Shown here: in pieces, positions 23,805-36,875 of the stretch
How the letters are laid out: each line of letters starts with the position of its first letter
Position numbering within the stretch: position 1 is the stretch's first letter
Assembly (NCBI GenBank): GCA_965207535.1
Contig: CBDBMR010000008.1
Coordinates: 8-64,007, forward strand
Length of the DNA stretch: 64,000 nt
Direction: 5' to 3'
Source: Rhodospirillales bacterium
Lineage (GTDB): Bacteria > Pseudomonadota > Alphaproteobacteria > Rhodospirillales > UBA2165
Translations under genes and position numbers: made by a program
The notes under the pieces: model-generated
The model's database searches: none
Seen by the model: the letters and a program-made list of their open reading frames with translations, nothing else
What the model was told of the DNA's origin: nothing

Positions 23805-24707
23805 ATGTCGATGGACTGGGACAAGCTGCGGATTTTTCATGCGGTGGCCGAAGCCGGCAGCTTCACCCATGCCGCCGAAACGCTGAATATCAGTCAATCG
23901 GCGATCAGCCGCCAGATCAGCACCCTCGAACGCAGCCTCAACGTGCCGTTGTTCCACCGCCACCCCCGGGGGCTGATCCTTACCGAACAGGGGGAGGATC
24001 TCTATCTGACCGCCCACGACGTGTTCCACAAGCTGGCCATGTCGGAAGCCCGGCTGACCGACTCCCGGGAGCGGCCGGCGGGCACTCTCAAAATCGCCAC
24101 GACCGTCGGTTTCGGCTCCGTATGGCTGACCCCGCGGATTCGGGAATTCGTCGATCTCTACCCGGACATCGAAGTCAGCATCGTCCTGACCTACTCGGAA
24201 TTCGACCTTTCCATGCGCGAAGCGGACGTGGCCATCGAGCTCACGCCGCCGACCCACACCGAACTCATCCAGCGCCATCTGATGACCATCAACTACTACG
24301 TTTACGCGACGCCCGACTACCTCAAGGCCCACGGGATGCCGCAGACGCCGGAGGATCTCGACAACCACAAGCTCATCACCTTCGGTCAGGAGGTCGGCGA
24401 TCAGCGGGAGCTGCTGCCGGCCCTCAATTTCCTCCTCGATGCCGGCGCAAACCCCAAAAAGCCGCGACGCCCGGTGCTGCAGGTGAATAACATCTACGGA
24501 ATCTACCGGGCGGTCCTGTCGGGCCTCGGCATGGGCGCCCTGCCCAACTACTTCGATGAAGGCTCGGCCAACCTGGTCCGGGTGCTGCCGGAACTGCAAA
24601 GCCCGGCGACCGAGGCCTATTTCGTCTATCCCGAGGAGCTGCGCCAGTCGGCCAGAATCGCGGTATTCCGCGATTTTTTGATCCGGAAGGTCATGGAATC
24701 CCGCTGA
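23805..24707 (+). CDS. LysR-type regulator (LsrB/VtlR-like by sequence and trxB synteny)
   Basis: MDWDKLRIFHAVAEAGSFTHAA...SQSAISRQ; lies downstream of trxB. Confidence 0.92.
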   Translation: MSMDWDKLRIFHAVAEAGSFTHAAETLNISQSAISRQISTLERSLNVPLFHRHPRGLILTEQGEDLYLTAHDVFHKLAMSEARLTDSRERPAGTLKIATTVGFGSVWLTPRIREFVDLYPDIEVSIVLTYSEFDLSMREADVAIELTPPTHTELIQRHLMTINYYVYATPDYLKAHGMPQTPEDLDNHKLITFGQEVGDQRELLPALNFLLDAGANPKKPRRPVLQVNNIYGIYRAVLSGLGMGALPNYFDEGSANLVRVLPELQSPATEAYFVYPEELRQSARIAVFRDFLIRKVMESR

Positions 24708-24745
24708 TTGGAATCCCAATATAGGGAATTTTAGCGGGAATTTGA

Positions 24746-24769
24746 CGAGCCATGCAAAAATTGCATAGC
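24746..24769. promoter_or_regulatory. LysR-type (T-N11-A) dyad box upstream of candidate sRNA
   Basis: CGAGCCATGCAaaaatTGCATAGC. Confidence 0.55.
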
Positions 24770-24824
24770 AAACGTGCGGTAATCACACTGGCGATTTTGC
24801 GATGCAACAACTACATTTCTTAAC

Positions 24825-24960
24825 AGCGGCGGCATTAGCCGGCGCTCTCCGGGCCGCCCCCGGCCCGGATTTTCAAGGGTCTTCGGACCCTACGTCTCCC
24901 AGACGTGAAGCCTCCCTGTTAAACTCACCGGGAAAGTTTTACTTTCCCGGTCTTTTTTTG
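24825..24960 (+). ncRNA. Candidate trans-acting sRNA (AbcR- or alpha-r8/MmgR-like)
   Basis: Four stem-loops, anti-SD CUCCC motifs (TCTCCCA loop, GCCTCCCTG) and a rho-independent terminator; directly after the LsrB-like gene. Confidence 0.6.
24927..24960 (+). terminator. Rho-independent terminator
   Basis: ACCGGGAAAGT-TTT-ACTTTCCCGGT followed by CTTTTTTT. Confidence 0.85.
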
Positions 24961-24963
24961 CTC

Positions 24964-25104
24964 CTAGAGCCGATCATGGATTGTCGGAATCGCTTTGCGA
25001 TGCCGGCAATCCATGTGAATCGGCTCTACACTATTGAAATAGATCGGATTCACATGTTTTGACGAAACCGCGCCGTGGTTCCGTCAAAACATGACCCGAT
25101 CTAG
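24964..25104. repeat. RIME-like two-palindrome intergenic element bounded by CTAG
   Basis: TAGAGCCGAT-CATGGATTG...CAATCCATG-ATCGGCTCTA and TAGATCGG-CATGTTTTGACG...CGTCAAAACATG-CCGATCTA. Confidence 0.6.
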
Positions 25105-25132
25105 AGCCGATCTAGCGAGCCTTTTGACGCCG

Positions 25133-27172
25133 TTATTCGGCGGCGATGCCGAGCTCCGATTGCCGGGCTTTCACCACCTGATCGGCTTCCTTGCCGGTAA
25201 TTTCCTGGAGCCGGTCGAACTTGAATTCAAAGGTGCCCACGCCCTGGGTCGACGAGCGCAACTCGTTGATCAGGTCGAGAATTTCCGATTCCGGCATGTG
25301 GGCGTTCACTTCGTCCCAGCCCTTCCAGCCTTCCTTCGGCTCGAACCCAAGGATTTGGCCGCGGCGCCCGGAAACCAGGCTTTGAACCCGCGACATGAAT
25401 TCCGACGGGACGGAAATGGTGACCGAAAAAATCGGCTCCAGCAGAACCGGGCCGCATTTCGGCATCCCTTCCCGCATGGCCAGGCTGCCGGCCGTCTTGA
25501 ACGCCTGGTCCGAGCTGTCGACCGCGTGGAACTGTCCGTCGGTCAATTCGACCGAGACATCGACCACGGGAAATCCGAGCGGCCCCTGGGAGAGATACTC
25601 CTTCACCCCGTTTTCGACCGCCGGGATGTACTGCTTGGGCACCACGCCGCCGGTGATCGAGTCGGTAAATTGGAACCCCGAACCTCTCGGCAGCGGTTTG
25701 ATTTCGATATGAACATCGCCGAACTGGCCGTGCCCTCCCGACTGCTTTTTGTGCCGCGCATGTTGCGAGATGGGTTTCTTGATGGATTCCTTGTACGCCA
25801 CCTGAGGCAGGCCGCCATCGACCTCTAGCTTGTTCCGGTTGTGCATTCGCTCGAGCGCAATTCGGAGATGGGTTTCACCCTGGCCGCGCAGCACGAATTC
25901 GCCGGTATCCGGATTCGGGCCGTAGGTCAGCGACGGATCCTCTTCGATGAGTCGTGCCAGCGCGCCGGCCATCTTCACCTCGTCGTCCCGCCTGCCCGCA
26001 TGGATGGCCAGCGCATAGACGGGCTTCGGCGGCGCCGGCCACGCCGGACCTTCGGCGCTGCCGGACGGCGACAACAGATCTCCCGTGTGAACCTCTTCCA
26101 TCCGGCCGAGAGCGCCCGCCTCGCCCTCGGCTAGTTTGGCGACCTTTTCCTGGTCGGCGCCCCGCAGCTTGACGATGCCGCTCACCCGGGAACCGCCGAG
26201 CGTCGCACCGTCCTCGACGTCGCCACGCAGAATCCGGGCGATGGACCGTTTGCCGGTCTGCGAACCGTGAGAGGTCTTGAAGACCCGGGCAACCGCCTCG
26301 CCGTCGGCATCAATGCCGATTCGCTCGCGCGTTGCCGCAATGCCGGGCGCCTCATGGCGCAGCACCTTCAACAACCGCGTAATACCGTGATCGGATTCGG
26401 CCGAGCCGAAAAACACCGGGACGAGATTCCCCGCCCTGGTCGCCGCCGCGAGGTGGCCGTAGGTCTCGCCGACCTCGGGTACCTCGTCTTCCAGCAGCTG
26501 CTCCAACAGGCCGTCATCGAAATCGGAGAGCGCCTCCAACATTACCGTCCGTTCGATTTCCAGGCGGTCGCTGAGGTCGGCGGGTACGTCCGTGATCTCC
26601 TTGAGGTCGCCCTCGGTGTACTCGAAGGCCCGCTTGCTCGCGAGATCGACATATCCGGTGATCTCATCGCCCGTCCTGATGGGAATTTCGCGCAAGACCA
26701 ATGGCTGGTCTATGACCCCGCGCAGCGCGTCCACGCTTTCGGCGACGCTCGCCGCGGCGCCGTGGATTTTGTTGATAAAGATGATATGCGGCACGCCTTG
26801 CTCGTGGAGCCCGCGCAACAGCCGCGCGGCCCCAAGGGCCTTGTCCGCGCCGGGCTCGATCACCACCACGGCAATATCACATACGGCCATGGCGCTGATC
26901 GTGTCCTGGACGAGTTCGACCGAACCCGGACAGTCTATGAGAGTCCACGAATCACCGAGGTAGTCGAAGCTGGCGACATTCATTTCGACGCTCATGGACC
27001 GCGAGCGCGCCTCGGGAGATGAATCACCAACCGTATTGCCTTCGGGGATCCTGCCCAGGCGATTGGTCGCGCCGGCCTTGAACAGCATGGCTTCGAGTAA
27101 CGAGGTTTTGCCGCTCAGGTACGGACCCACAAGGGCCGCGCAACGGGGACCGAATTCAGATATGTCTGCCAC
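25133..27172 (-). CDS. Elongation factor G-like protein (EF-G2 paralog)
   Basis: GPYLSGKTSL, DCPG, NKI, GQGETHL, HKKQSGGHGQFG; GTG start after GGAGG. Confidence 0.92.
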   Translation of the reverse strand: MADISEFGPRCAALVGPYLSGKTSLLEAMLFKAGATNRLGRIPEGNTVGDSSPEARSRSMSVEMNVASFDYLGDSWTLIDCPGSVELVQDTISAMAVCDIAVVVIEPGADKALGAARLLRGLHEQGVPHIIFINKIHGAAASVAESVDALRGVIDQPLVLREIPIRTGDEITGYVDLASKRAFEYTEGDLKEITDVPADLSDRLEIERTVMLEALSDFDDGLLEQLLEDEVPEVGETYGHLAAATRAGNLVPVFFGSAESDHGITRLLKVLRHEAPGIAATRERIGIDADGEAVARVFKTSHGSQTGKRSIARILRGDVEDGATLGGSRVSGIVKLRGADQEKVAKLAEGEAGALGRMEEVHTGDLLSPSGSAEGPAWPAPPKPVYALAIHAGRRDDEVKMAGALARLIEEDPSLTYGPNPDTGEFVLRGQGETHLRIALERMHNRNKLEVDGGLPQVAYKESIKKPISQHARHKKQSGGHGQFGDVHIEIKPLPRGSGFQFTDSITGGVVPKQYIPAVENGVKEYLSQGPLGFPVVDVSVELTDGQFHAVDSSDQAFKTAGSLAMREGMPKCGPVLLEPIFSVTISVPSEFMSRVQSLVSGRRGQILGFEPKEGWKGWDEVNAHMPESEILDLINELRSSTQGVGTFEFKFDRLQEITGKEADQVVKARQSELGIAAE

Positions 27173-27333
27173 GGGTAGATCCTCCCAGCCGTCTAGGCGT
27201 TTTGAAGCTCCAGGCGGACGCTTTTCGCCGAGACACGAGTGGAGGCGCCGCGGCACGCCCTTGGGGGAAAGGTTAGCGGCCCGAAACCGGAGTCTTCAAG
27301 AAGAATCCGGTCTCCAAACGATACGAATCGAGC

Positions 27334-30025
<2,692 letters not shown>

Positions 30026-30069
30026 TCTGCCGATCGGCGTGATATAATCGGCTGACCAAAGGATTCGAC

Positions 30070-32274
30070 ATGCCGCTGCTGGACCACGCCGGGATCGATT
30101 TCATCCCCGAAAAACGCCCCCTCATCGAAGGCGGCGAAGCGCTGCGCGTGGTCTCGGAATTCGAGCCCGCCGGCGACCAGCCCGAGGCCATTGGCGAGCT
30201 GACGGCCAGCATCCGCGGCGGCGACAAGGATCAGGTGCTGTTGGGCGTTACCGGATCGGGCAAGACCTTCACCATGGCCCATGTCATTCAGGCACTGAAC
30301 CGGCCGACCCTGGTGCTGGCCCCGAACAAGACCTTGGCGGCCCAGCTTTACGGCGAAATGAAGGAGTTCTTCCCCGACAACGCGGTCGAATATTTTGTTT
30401 CCTATTACGACTACTACCAGCCCGAGGCCTACGTGCCGCGCTCGGACACCTATATCGAGAAAGACGCGTCGATCAACGAGCAGATCGACCGGATGCGGCA
30501 TTCGGCGACCCGCGCGCTGTTGGAGCGCAATGACGTGGTGATCGTCGCTTCGGTGTCCTGCATCTACGGTATCGGCGCGGTGGAGACCTATGCCCAGATG
30601 ACGGTCAGACTGACCGCCGGCGGGGCCATGGACCGCAAGGCGCTGCTCAGGGAGCTGGTGGAGCTTCAGTACACGAGAAACGACGCGGCGTTCTTCCGCG
30701 GCACCTTCCGGGTGCGCGGCGATGTGGTCGAAATCTTTCCCTCGCACCTGGAGGACCGGGCCTGGCGGATCAGCCTGTTCGGCGACGAGATCGAGGGAAT
30801 CTGGGAAATCGATCCCCTGACCGGCGAGAAGACGGCACAGCTTGAAGAGGTCACCGTTTATCCGTCCAGCCACTACGTCACGCCCCGCCCCACCCTCCAG
30901 CAGGCCATCCCGAAGATCAAGGAAGAGCTCAAGGAGCGGGTGGCCTGGTTCGAAAAGAACGGCAAGCTGTTGGAGGCCCAGCGGCTGGAGGAACGGACCA
31001 CCTTCGATCTCGAGATGCTGGAGACCACCGGACATTGTGCGGGGATCGAGAACTACTCCCGCTATCTGACCGGCCGGGCGCCGGGAGAGCCGCCGCCGAC
31101 CCTATTCGAATATCTGCCCGAAAACGCGCTTCTGGTGGTCGACGAAAGCCATGTCACGGTGCCCCAGCTGGGCGGCATGTACCGGGGCGATTTCAACCGC
31201 AAATCGACCCTCGCCGAATACGGATTCCGGCTGCCGTCCTGCGTCGACAACCGGCCGCTGAAATTCGAGGAATGGGAGGCCATGCGGCCGCAGACCGTGT
31301 TCGTCTCGGCGACGCCGGGCCCGTGGGAGCTTGAAGTCACCGGCGGCGTGTTCGTCGAACAGGTGGTCCGCCCGACCGGTCTGGTGGACCCGGAATGCAG
31401 CGTCCGGCCGGTGGAGGCCCAGGTCGACGATCTGCTGGCCGAGTGCCGCGCCTGTGCCGACAATGGGGAACGGGTGCTGGTCACCACCCTTACCAAGCGC
31501 ATGGCCGAGGACTTGACCGAGTACATGCACGAGGCGGGCCTCAGGGTCCGCTACCTGCATTCGGACATCGACACGCTGGAGCGGATCGAGATCATCCGCG
31601 ACCTGCGCCTGGGCGCGTTCGACGTGCTGGTGGGCATCAACCTGCTCCGCGAGGGTCTCGACATTCCCGAATGCGCGCTGGTCGCGATCCTGGATGCCGA
31701 CAAGGAAGGTTTCCTGCGTTCCAAGACGTCCCTCGTCCAGACCATCGGCCGGGCGGCGCGAAACGTCGACGGGCGGGTGCTGCTCTACGCCGACAACAAG
31801 ACCGAGTCGCTGGACTACGCCATCGGCGAGACCAACCGGCGCCGCGCCAAGCAGCAGGCCTATAACGAGGCCCGCGGCATCACCCCGGCAAGCGTCAAGA
31901 AGGGGATCTCGGATGTCTTGCAGTCGGTCTACGAGGCCGACTACGTGACCGTCGATCTGGGGGTCAGCGAAGCCAGCCACAAGGTGGGCGGAAATTTGCA
32001 GGCCCACCTGAAGGACATGAACAAGCGCATGCTGGATGCGGCGGCCAACCTGGAATTCGAGGAAGCGGCCCGGCTTCGGGATGAAATCCGCCGCCTCGAA
32101 GCCATCGACCTCGGGTTAGACAAGGCCGGCGTCTCACCCGCCGCCGCGGCCGAGGCGGGGGTCCGGCCATCCCCGTTCAGACCCGACAAGGCGGGCATCC
32201 AGCCCCGCACCGCCGGCAAACGAAAATCCAAGGCTCACGGCAAGAAGAAGCGCCGCGACGGGCGGGCGCGGTAA
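30070..32274 (+). CDS. uvrB: Excinuclease ABC subunit B
   Basis: [37 protein letters not shown] coil. Confidence 0.98.
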   Translation: MPLLDHAGIDFIPEKRPLIEGGEALRVVSEFEPAGDQPEAIGELTASIRGGDKDQVLLGVTGSGKTFTMAHVIQALNRPTLVLAPNKTLAAQLYGEMKEFFPDNAVEYFVSYYDYYQPEAYVPRSDTYIEKDASINEQIDRMRHSATRALLERNDVVIVASVSCIYGIGAVETYAQMTVRLTAGGAMDRKALLRELVELQYTRNDAAFFRGTFRVRGDVVEIFPSHLEDRAWRISLFGDEIEGIWEIDPLTGEKTAQLEEVTVYPSSHYVTPRPTLQQAIPKIKEELKERVAWFEKNGKLLEAQRLEERTTFDLEMLETTGHCAGIENYSRYLTGRAPGEPPPTLFEYLPENALLVVDESHVTVPQLGGMYRGDFNRKSTLAEYGFRLPSCVDNRPLKFEEWEAMRPQTVFVSATPGPWELEVTGGVFVEQVVRPTGLVDPECSVRPVEAQVDDLLAECRACADNGERVLVTTLTKRMAEDLTEYMHEAGLRVRYLHSDIDTLERIEIIRDLRLGAFDVLVGINLLREGLDIPECALVAILDADKEGFLRSKTSLVQTIGRAARNVDGRVLLYADNKTESLDYAIGETNRRRAKQQAYNEARGITPASVKKGISDVLQSVYEADYVTVDLGVSEASHKVGGNLQAHLKDMNKRMLDAAANLEFEEAARLRDEIRRLEAIDLGLDKAGVSPAAAAEAGVRPSPFRPDKAGIQPRTAGKRKSKAHGKKKRRDGRAR

Positions 32275-32342
32275 TTCTTCGCCGGCTCCCACCCCGACAG
32301 TCCATCTGTTATCCTTCACCATCGATTTCAGGGGGACCCGCC

Positions 32343-33593
32343 ATGGATTGGTCTGTCAGCCACCGGCCCACCTATTGGGAGGGCACGAAACTCGCCTACC
32401 CGGACGTGCCCAGGGAACACCCGAAGTTTTCGCAGAGCGTTACGATCGGCAATCTCGTCCTGGTCTCGGGGTGCGGCGGCAAGAACACCGTGACCGGCGC
32501 GCCGGCGCCGCCGGACGTCGCCGGCCAGGTCACGACGGCGCTGGACAAGACGAGGGCGGCGCTGGAGGAAGCCGGCAGCTCCATGGAGAACATCATCAAG
32601 ACGTTCTTCCTGATCCGCAGCCTGGACGACTATGGCGAGGTGAGAAAAACCGAAACCGAATATTACGAGCGCCACGCGCCGTCCCTGATCGAGACGCCGC
32701 CGTCTGCGACCCTGATGGTGGTGCCCGGCCTCGCCAACCCCGACTACCGGCTCGAATACGAGGTGATCGCCGCGAAGGACCGGTCCGCCCCCGATTGGGG
32801 CGTCACCTATTACCCGGAGTTCTGGGGCGGCAAGGAGCTGGCGTTCCCGCACGTGCCGAAGGAGCACGCCAAGTTCGCCCGCACCCAGGTCATCGGCGGC
32901 CTGGTCGCCGTCTCCGGCTGTCAGGCCCTGGACCACGACACGGTTCGCGTCGAGACCATGGACTTCGCCGAACAAACCCGCATCTGCCTCGACAAGGTGC
33001 GGATCGGAATGGAGGAAACCGGGGGATCCCTCGAAACCACCGCTAAGACGGTGGTGTTCATCAAGGACCCGGCGCAAATTTCAGAGTACCGGGAAATCGA
33101 GCGCGCCTATTTCGCCCGGCACGCGCCCGCCCTTGTGGACAACCCGCCGGCCAGCACCCTGATGGTGGTCGAGGAACTGCCGCGGCCCGAATTCCTGGTC
33201 GAGGTGGAGGCGTTCGGCGTCGCCGGCGGCACGCTCCCCGGCTGGCCGGTTGCCTTCTATCCGGGCGCCGTCCGGGCCGGACAATTGCTGTTCACCGCCG
33301 CCATCGGCGGCGGCGGTATCGAGGCCCAGATCGAGGCGCAGATCGAGGCGGCGTTCACCGGCCTCAAGGCCTCCCTCGAAAATGCCGGCGGGCGCCTCGA
33401 CGGCTTGGTAAAGACGACCATGATGCTGACCCGGCTGGAGGACTACCCAGTCATGCGGCGCGTCGAGACGGAGTTTTACGAGGCTCACGCGCCGGCGCTG
33501 CTCGAGAATCCGCCCGCCAGCACGTTCATCCGGCTCCAGGCCTGCGAAGGCGAGGACAGCCTGTTCCAAATCGACGGCACGGCGGTTCTGTAG
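32343..33593 (+). CDS. Protein with three tandem Rid (YjgF/YER057c/UK114) domains
   Basis: Three repeats of LEEAG-S-ENI-KT...Y-RHAP-L-E/DNPPAST...E-EA. Confidence 0.8.
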   Translation: MDWSVSHRPTYWEGTKLAYPDVPREHPKFSQSVTIGNLVLVSGCGGKNTVTGAPAPPDVAGQVTTALDKTRAALEEAGSSMENIIKTFFLIRSLDDYGEVRKTETEYYERHAPSLIETPPSATLMVVPGLANPDYRLEYEVIAAKDRSAPDWGVTYYPEFWGGKELAFPHVPKEHAKFARTQVIGGLVAVSGCQALDHDTVRVETMDFAEQTRICLDKVRIGMEETGGSLETTAKTVVFIKDPAQISEYREIERAYFARHAPALVDNPPASTLMVVEELPRPEFLVEVEAFGVAGGTLPGWPVAFYPGAVRAGQLLFTAAIGGGGIEAQIEAQIEAAFTGLKASLENAGGRLDGLVKTTMMLTRLEDYPVMRRVETEFYEAHAPALLENPPASTFIRLQACEGEDSLFQIDGTAVL

Positions 33594-33773
33594 GGGCCCA
33601 CCCTTCGCTCATCCGGCCGCGGGCGCGGCGAAGCGCGCCGATGCGTGGCACTTTCGGCACCGGGCGCGAGAACTACGAAAACCGGTGTGATCCCCGCTCG
33701 GGATGTGGCACGTTTTTGCCGGGCCAATACCGCGCGGCCCTTCGAGAGGCCTGGACCAATCAGGGAGAAGATC

Positions 33774-34949
33774 ATGCGCACACAAGTGGCGATTATCGGC
33801 GGCGGCCCAGCGGGGCTGATGCTCTCGCACCTGCTGCATCTGGACGGCATCGACAGCATCGTCGTCGAGAAACACCCGCGGGAGCACGTGCTGCAGCGCA
33901 TCCGGGCGGGCGTCCTCGAAGCGGGCTCGGTCGAGCTGTTGCGCGATGTCGGCCTCGGCGAGCGCATGGACGCCGAAGGCCATCCCCATGACGGCGCCTA
34001 TATCGTCTGGAAGGGCGAGCAGAAGGTCCTTATCGACACCGCCAAATACACCGGCAAGCAGATGATGGCCTACGGCCAGACCGCCATCACCGAGGACCTG
34101 TACGCCGCCCGCGACCGGGACGGCGGCCAAATCATCGACGAGGCCCAAAGCGTGGCGCTCCACGACCTCACCACCGACGAGCCCTTCGTCACTTTCGAGA
34201 AGGACCGCAACGTGGAGCGCATCGAGTGCGATTTCGTCGCCGGCTGCGACGGCTTTCACGGGGTCAGCCGGCGCTGCATTCCGTCGTCCACGCTGGTGAA
34301 CTACGACAAGAGCTACCCCTTCGGCTGGCTCGGCATTCTCGCGGAAACCCGGCCGCTGCCGGATATCGTCTATGCCAACCACGAGCGGGGGTTCGCCCTC
34401 GCCTCCCAACGCTCGGAGCGGATGAGCCGCTACTACATTCAGTGCCCGCTCGACAATTCCGTCGAGGAATGGCCGGACGACCGGTTCTGGGAGGAATTGA
34501 AAGCGCGCTTCCCGGCGGACATGGCGGACGCCATCGAGACCGGCCCGTCGATCGAGAAGTCCATCGCGCCGCTGCGCAGCTTCGTCTCCGAGCCCATGCG
34601 CTACGGACGCCTGTTCACCGCCGGCGACGCCGCGCATATCGTGCCGCCCACCGGCGCCAAGGGGCTCAATCTCGCCTTTTCGGATGTTTGGTACCTGTCG
34701 CGGGGCCTGATCCGCCGTTACAAGGACAACAAGGACGACCTGCTCGACAAGTATTCGGAAACCGCGCTCAGGCGCGTGTGGGGGGCCGAGCGGATGTCCT
34801 GGTACCTGACCCGGCTGCTGCACCTGTTCCCGGACGACAACCCGTTCGATCAGCGGACCCGCGAGGATGAACTGGATTACGTGGCGCGCTCGGAAAACGC
34901 CATGGCGGCGCTCGCCGAACAATATGTCGGACTGCCCTACGAGATGTAG
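33774..34949 (+). CDS. pobA: 4-hydroxybenzoate 3-monooxygenase
   Basis: MRTQVAIIGGGPAG, RIRAGVLE, GCDGFHGVSR, GDAAHIVPPTGAKGLN. Confidence 0.96.
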   Translation: MRTQVAIIGGGPAGLMLSHLLHLDGIDSIVVEKHPREHVLQRIRAGVLEAGSVELLRDVGLGERMDAEGHPHDGAYIVWKGEQKVLIDTAKYTGKQMMAYGQTAITEDLYAARDRDGGQIIDEAQSVALHDLTTDEPFVTFEKDRNVERIECDFVAGCDGFHGVSRRCIPSSTLVNYDKSYPFGWLGILAETRPLPDIVYANHERGFALASQRSERMSRYYIQCPLDNSVEEWPDDRFWEELKARFPADMADAIETGPSIEKSIAPLRSFVSEPMRYGRLFTAGDAAHIVPPTGAKGLNLAFSDVWYLSRGLIRRYKDNKDDLLDKYSETALRRVWGAERMSWYLTRLLHLFPDDNPFDQRTREDELDYVARSENAMAALAEQYVGLPYEM

Positions 34950-34952
34950 GGC

Positions 34953-35237
34953 CTAGAAAAACGGCGAGACGTGCATCACCACAGGCGGGGCCGCCGTCCA
35001 TTCAGGGTAATTATCCCGCACCGCGGTGACGTAGGGCTGCCGGAAGTGGGACTGCAGCGCCTCTTCGTTCGTCCATTCCTCGACTAGGACATAGGCGCCG
35101 GGATTGTCGTCATCCCTGTAGACGTCGAGCCGGAGGCACCCCTCCTCCTTCCGGCCTTCCGGGATCAGCGCGGCCATGCCGGCCTCGTAGGCGGCGATAT
35201 GTTCGGGCTTGATCTGAACTTTGACGATGACGTGCAT
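34953..35237 (-). CDS. Putative quinol monooxygenase (ABM domain)
   Basis: IKPEH...RKEEGCL...LVEEWTNEEALQSH. Confidence 0.82.
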   Translation of the reverse strand: MHVIVKVQIKPEHIAAYEAGMAALIPEGRKEEGCLRLDVYRDDDNPGAYVLVEEWTNEEALQSHFRQPYVTAVRDNYPEWTAAPPVVMHVSPFF

Positions 35238-35254
35238 GGGGCTCTCCCTGTCAT

Positions 35255-35866
35255 TTATCCATCCGACAACGCGAGACGCAGGCCGAGCAAGGCAAACGCG
35301 GCGGCGAACCCGCCCCGCAGCCACTTCATGACGCTCGGTCTTGAGATCACGTAAGTGCGGGCCGCGCTGGCGAAGGCGCCGTAGACGGCAAACACCACGA
35401 ACGTGAGAAACATGAACACGGCGCCGAGCCAGAGCATCAATGGCGTCGGGCCGGCCGTTCCGGCGGGCACGAACTGAGGCAGGAAGGCCAGGAAGAACAG
35501 CGACAGCTTCGGGTTCAGCAGGTTCACCAGGATGCCCGAGGTGACGATCCTGAGGGCCGGGGTCGGGGACTTGTTTTCAGGGACCGATAGCGCACCCCCC
35601 TCACGCAATATCCCCCAGGCCATGTAGAGCAGGTAGAGCACACCCAGAATCTTGACCGCCTGGAAGGCGACGGCGGATGCGTGCAGCAGCGCGGCCAGCC
35701 CCAAAATGCTCGCCGCGATATGGGGCACGATCCCGAGCGTGCAGCCGAAAGCCGCGACGACGCTGGCGCGCAGGCCCTGCCCCAGCCCGTAGGCCAGGGT
35801 GTAGATCACGCCGGTCCCGGGCAGCAGGATGACGATCATCGAGGTGATGAGGAATTCAGGCGTCAT
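35255..35866 (-). CDS. LysE family translocator
   Basis: LPGTG, NLLNPKLSLFFLAFLPQF. Confidence 0.92.
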   Translation of the reverse strand: MTPEFLITSMIVILLPGTGVIYTLAYGLGQGLRASVVAAFGCTLGIVPHIAASILGLAALLHASAVAFQAVKILGVLYLLYMAWGILREGGALSVPENKSPTPALRIVTSGILVNLLNPKLSLFFLAFLPQFVPAGTAGPTPLMLWLGAVFMFLTFVVFAVYGAFASAARTYVISRPSVMKWLRGGFAAAFALLGLRLALSDG

Positions 35867-35983
35867 GGGAACGTTATACGCCCGGAACCGGCACCGTTTA
35901 CAAATATTTCCCTCTCCCCCAAAGGAAGAGCGATCGGTCTTTCTTTTTGCACCCTCTCCCCTGGAGGAGAGGGATGCGGAGAT

Positions 35984-36838
35984 CTAACTCTGATCCCACT
36001 CGGCCCGCTCGCCGCCCTCCGTCTCGGCGTCGTAGTACCACTTCAAGCCAAGCTCCTCCTCGCTCAATACATTGGTCTTGAAGCTCCGCCAGGCCTGGAT
36101 CTCGAAATAGTCGAGCGGACCGTCCAGCGCCCTCAATCGATGAGGGACGCTCGGCGGAAAATAGACCAGGGTGCCCGGTTCGAGCTCCTGGGACTCGTCG
36201 CCGATTTCCACCTTGCCGCGGCCCTTGAAGGTCATGTAGCAGTGGTCGGGGCCGCGCGGATTGGCCTCGGTGCCCACGTGCCGGTGGTACGGCGACGAGC
36301 CGCCGTCGCGATAGTGCATCTCGCCCGCCTGGATGGCGTTGGTGGGGGTCAACCGGCTGCCGTCGCCCAGGCGCACGGTGCTCTCGGCGCAGAAGTGGCG
36401 CACCCGCCCGCCGCTGGCATCGCTCAAGCGGCGGAGCTTGCCGCGATTGAACACGTAGCCCGGCCCGCCGGGCAGATCACCGTCGACCCCCGCGGGCGCC
36501 TTGGGCGTGATCATGTGGAGGATTTCGAGATCGCCTCCCGAGGCTGCGAAATCCGCCGTCTCGCCGGGCGTCACCATGGCCCCGGCGCCCCCTTCGGCGG
36601 CCAGGCTGTCGTCACCGAGGGCGATGGACCCGGAACCGTCCATCACATAGAGCAGGTGAACGTCGCCGCCCGCCTCCACGTGAAAGGTCTGGCCGTCCGA
36701 AACGGTGCGCCGGATGACCGTCAGGTTCTTGGAACTGCAGAGCGCGTCGCCGCAGAGCGTGCGCTCGCTGCCCGTCGGCACCTCGACGGCATCGGCGGTA
36801 TTGGAGTTGATGATGAAGATATCGTTCAACGTCGGCAT
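35984..36838 (-). CDS. Bicupin domain protein
   Basis: Two cupin folds; C-terminal PYHRH...DHCY...GTLVYFPPSVPH. Confidence 0.75.
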   Translation of the reverse strand: MPTLNDIFIINSNTADAVEVPTGSERTLCGDALCSSKNLTVIRRTVSDGQTFHVEAGGDVHLLYVMDGSGSIALGDDSLAAEGGAGAMVTPGETADFAASGGDLEILHMITPKAPAGVDGDLPGGPGYVFNRGKLRRLSDASGGRVRHFCAESTVRLGDGSRLTPTNAIQAGEMHYRDGGSSPYHRHVGTEANPRGPDHCYMTFKGRGKVEIGDESQELEPGTLVYFPPSVPHRLRALDGPLDYFEIQAWRSFKTNVLSEEELGLKWYYDAETEGGERAEWDQS

Positions 36839-36875
36839 AGAAGACCTCCCTTCTCCTAAGGCGTTAGTTCCCATG

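Noticed and set aside
25133-27172. Canonical fusA
   Set aside because: G1 motif is GPYLSGKT rather than AHIDAGKT and the gene is not in the str operon; a known EF-G2-type paralog, not novel.
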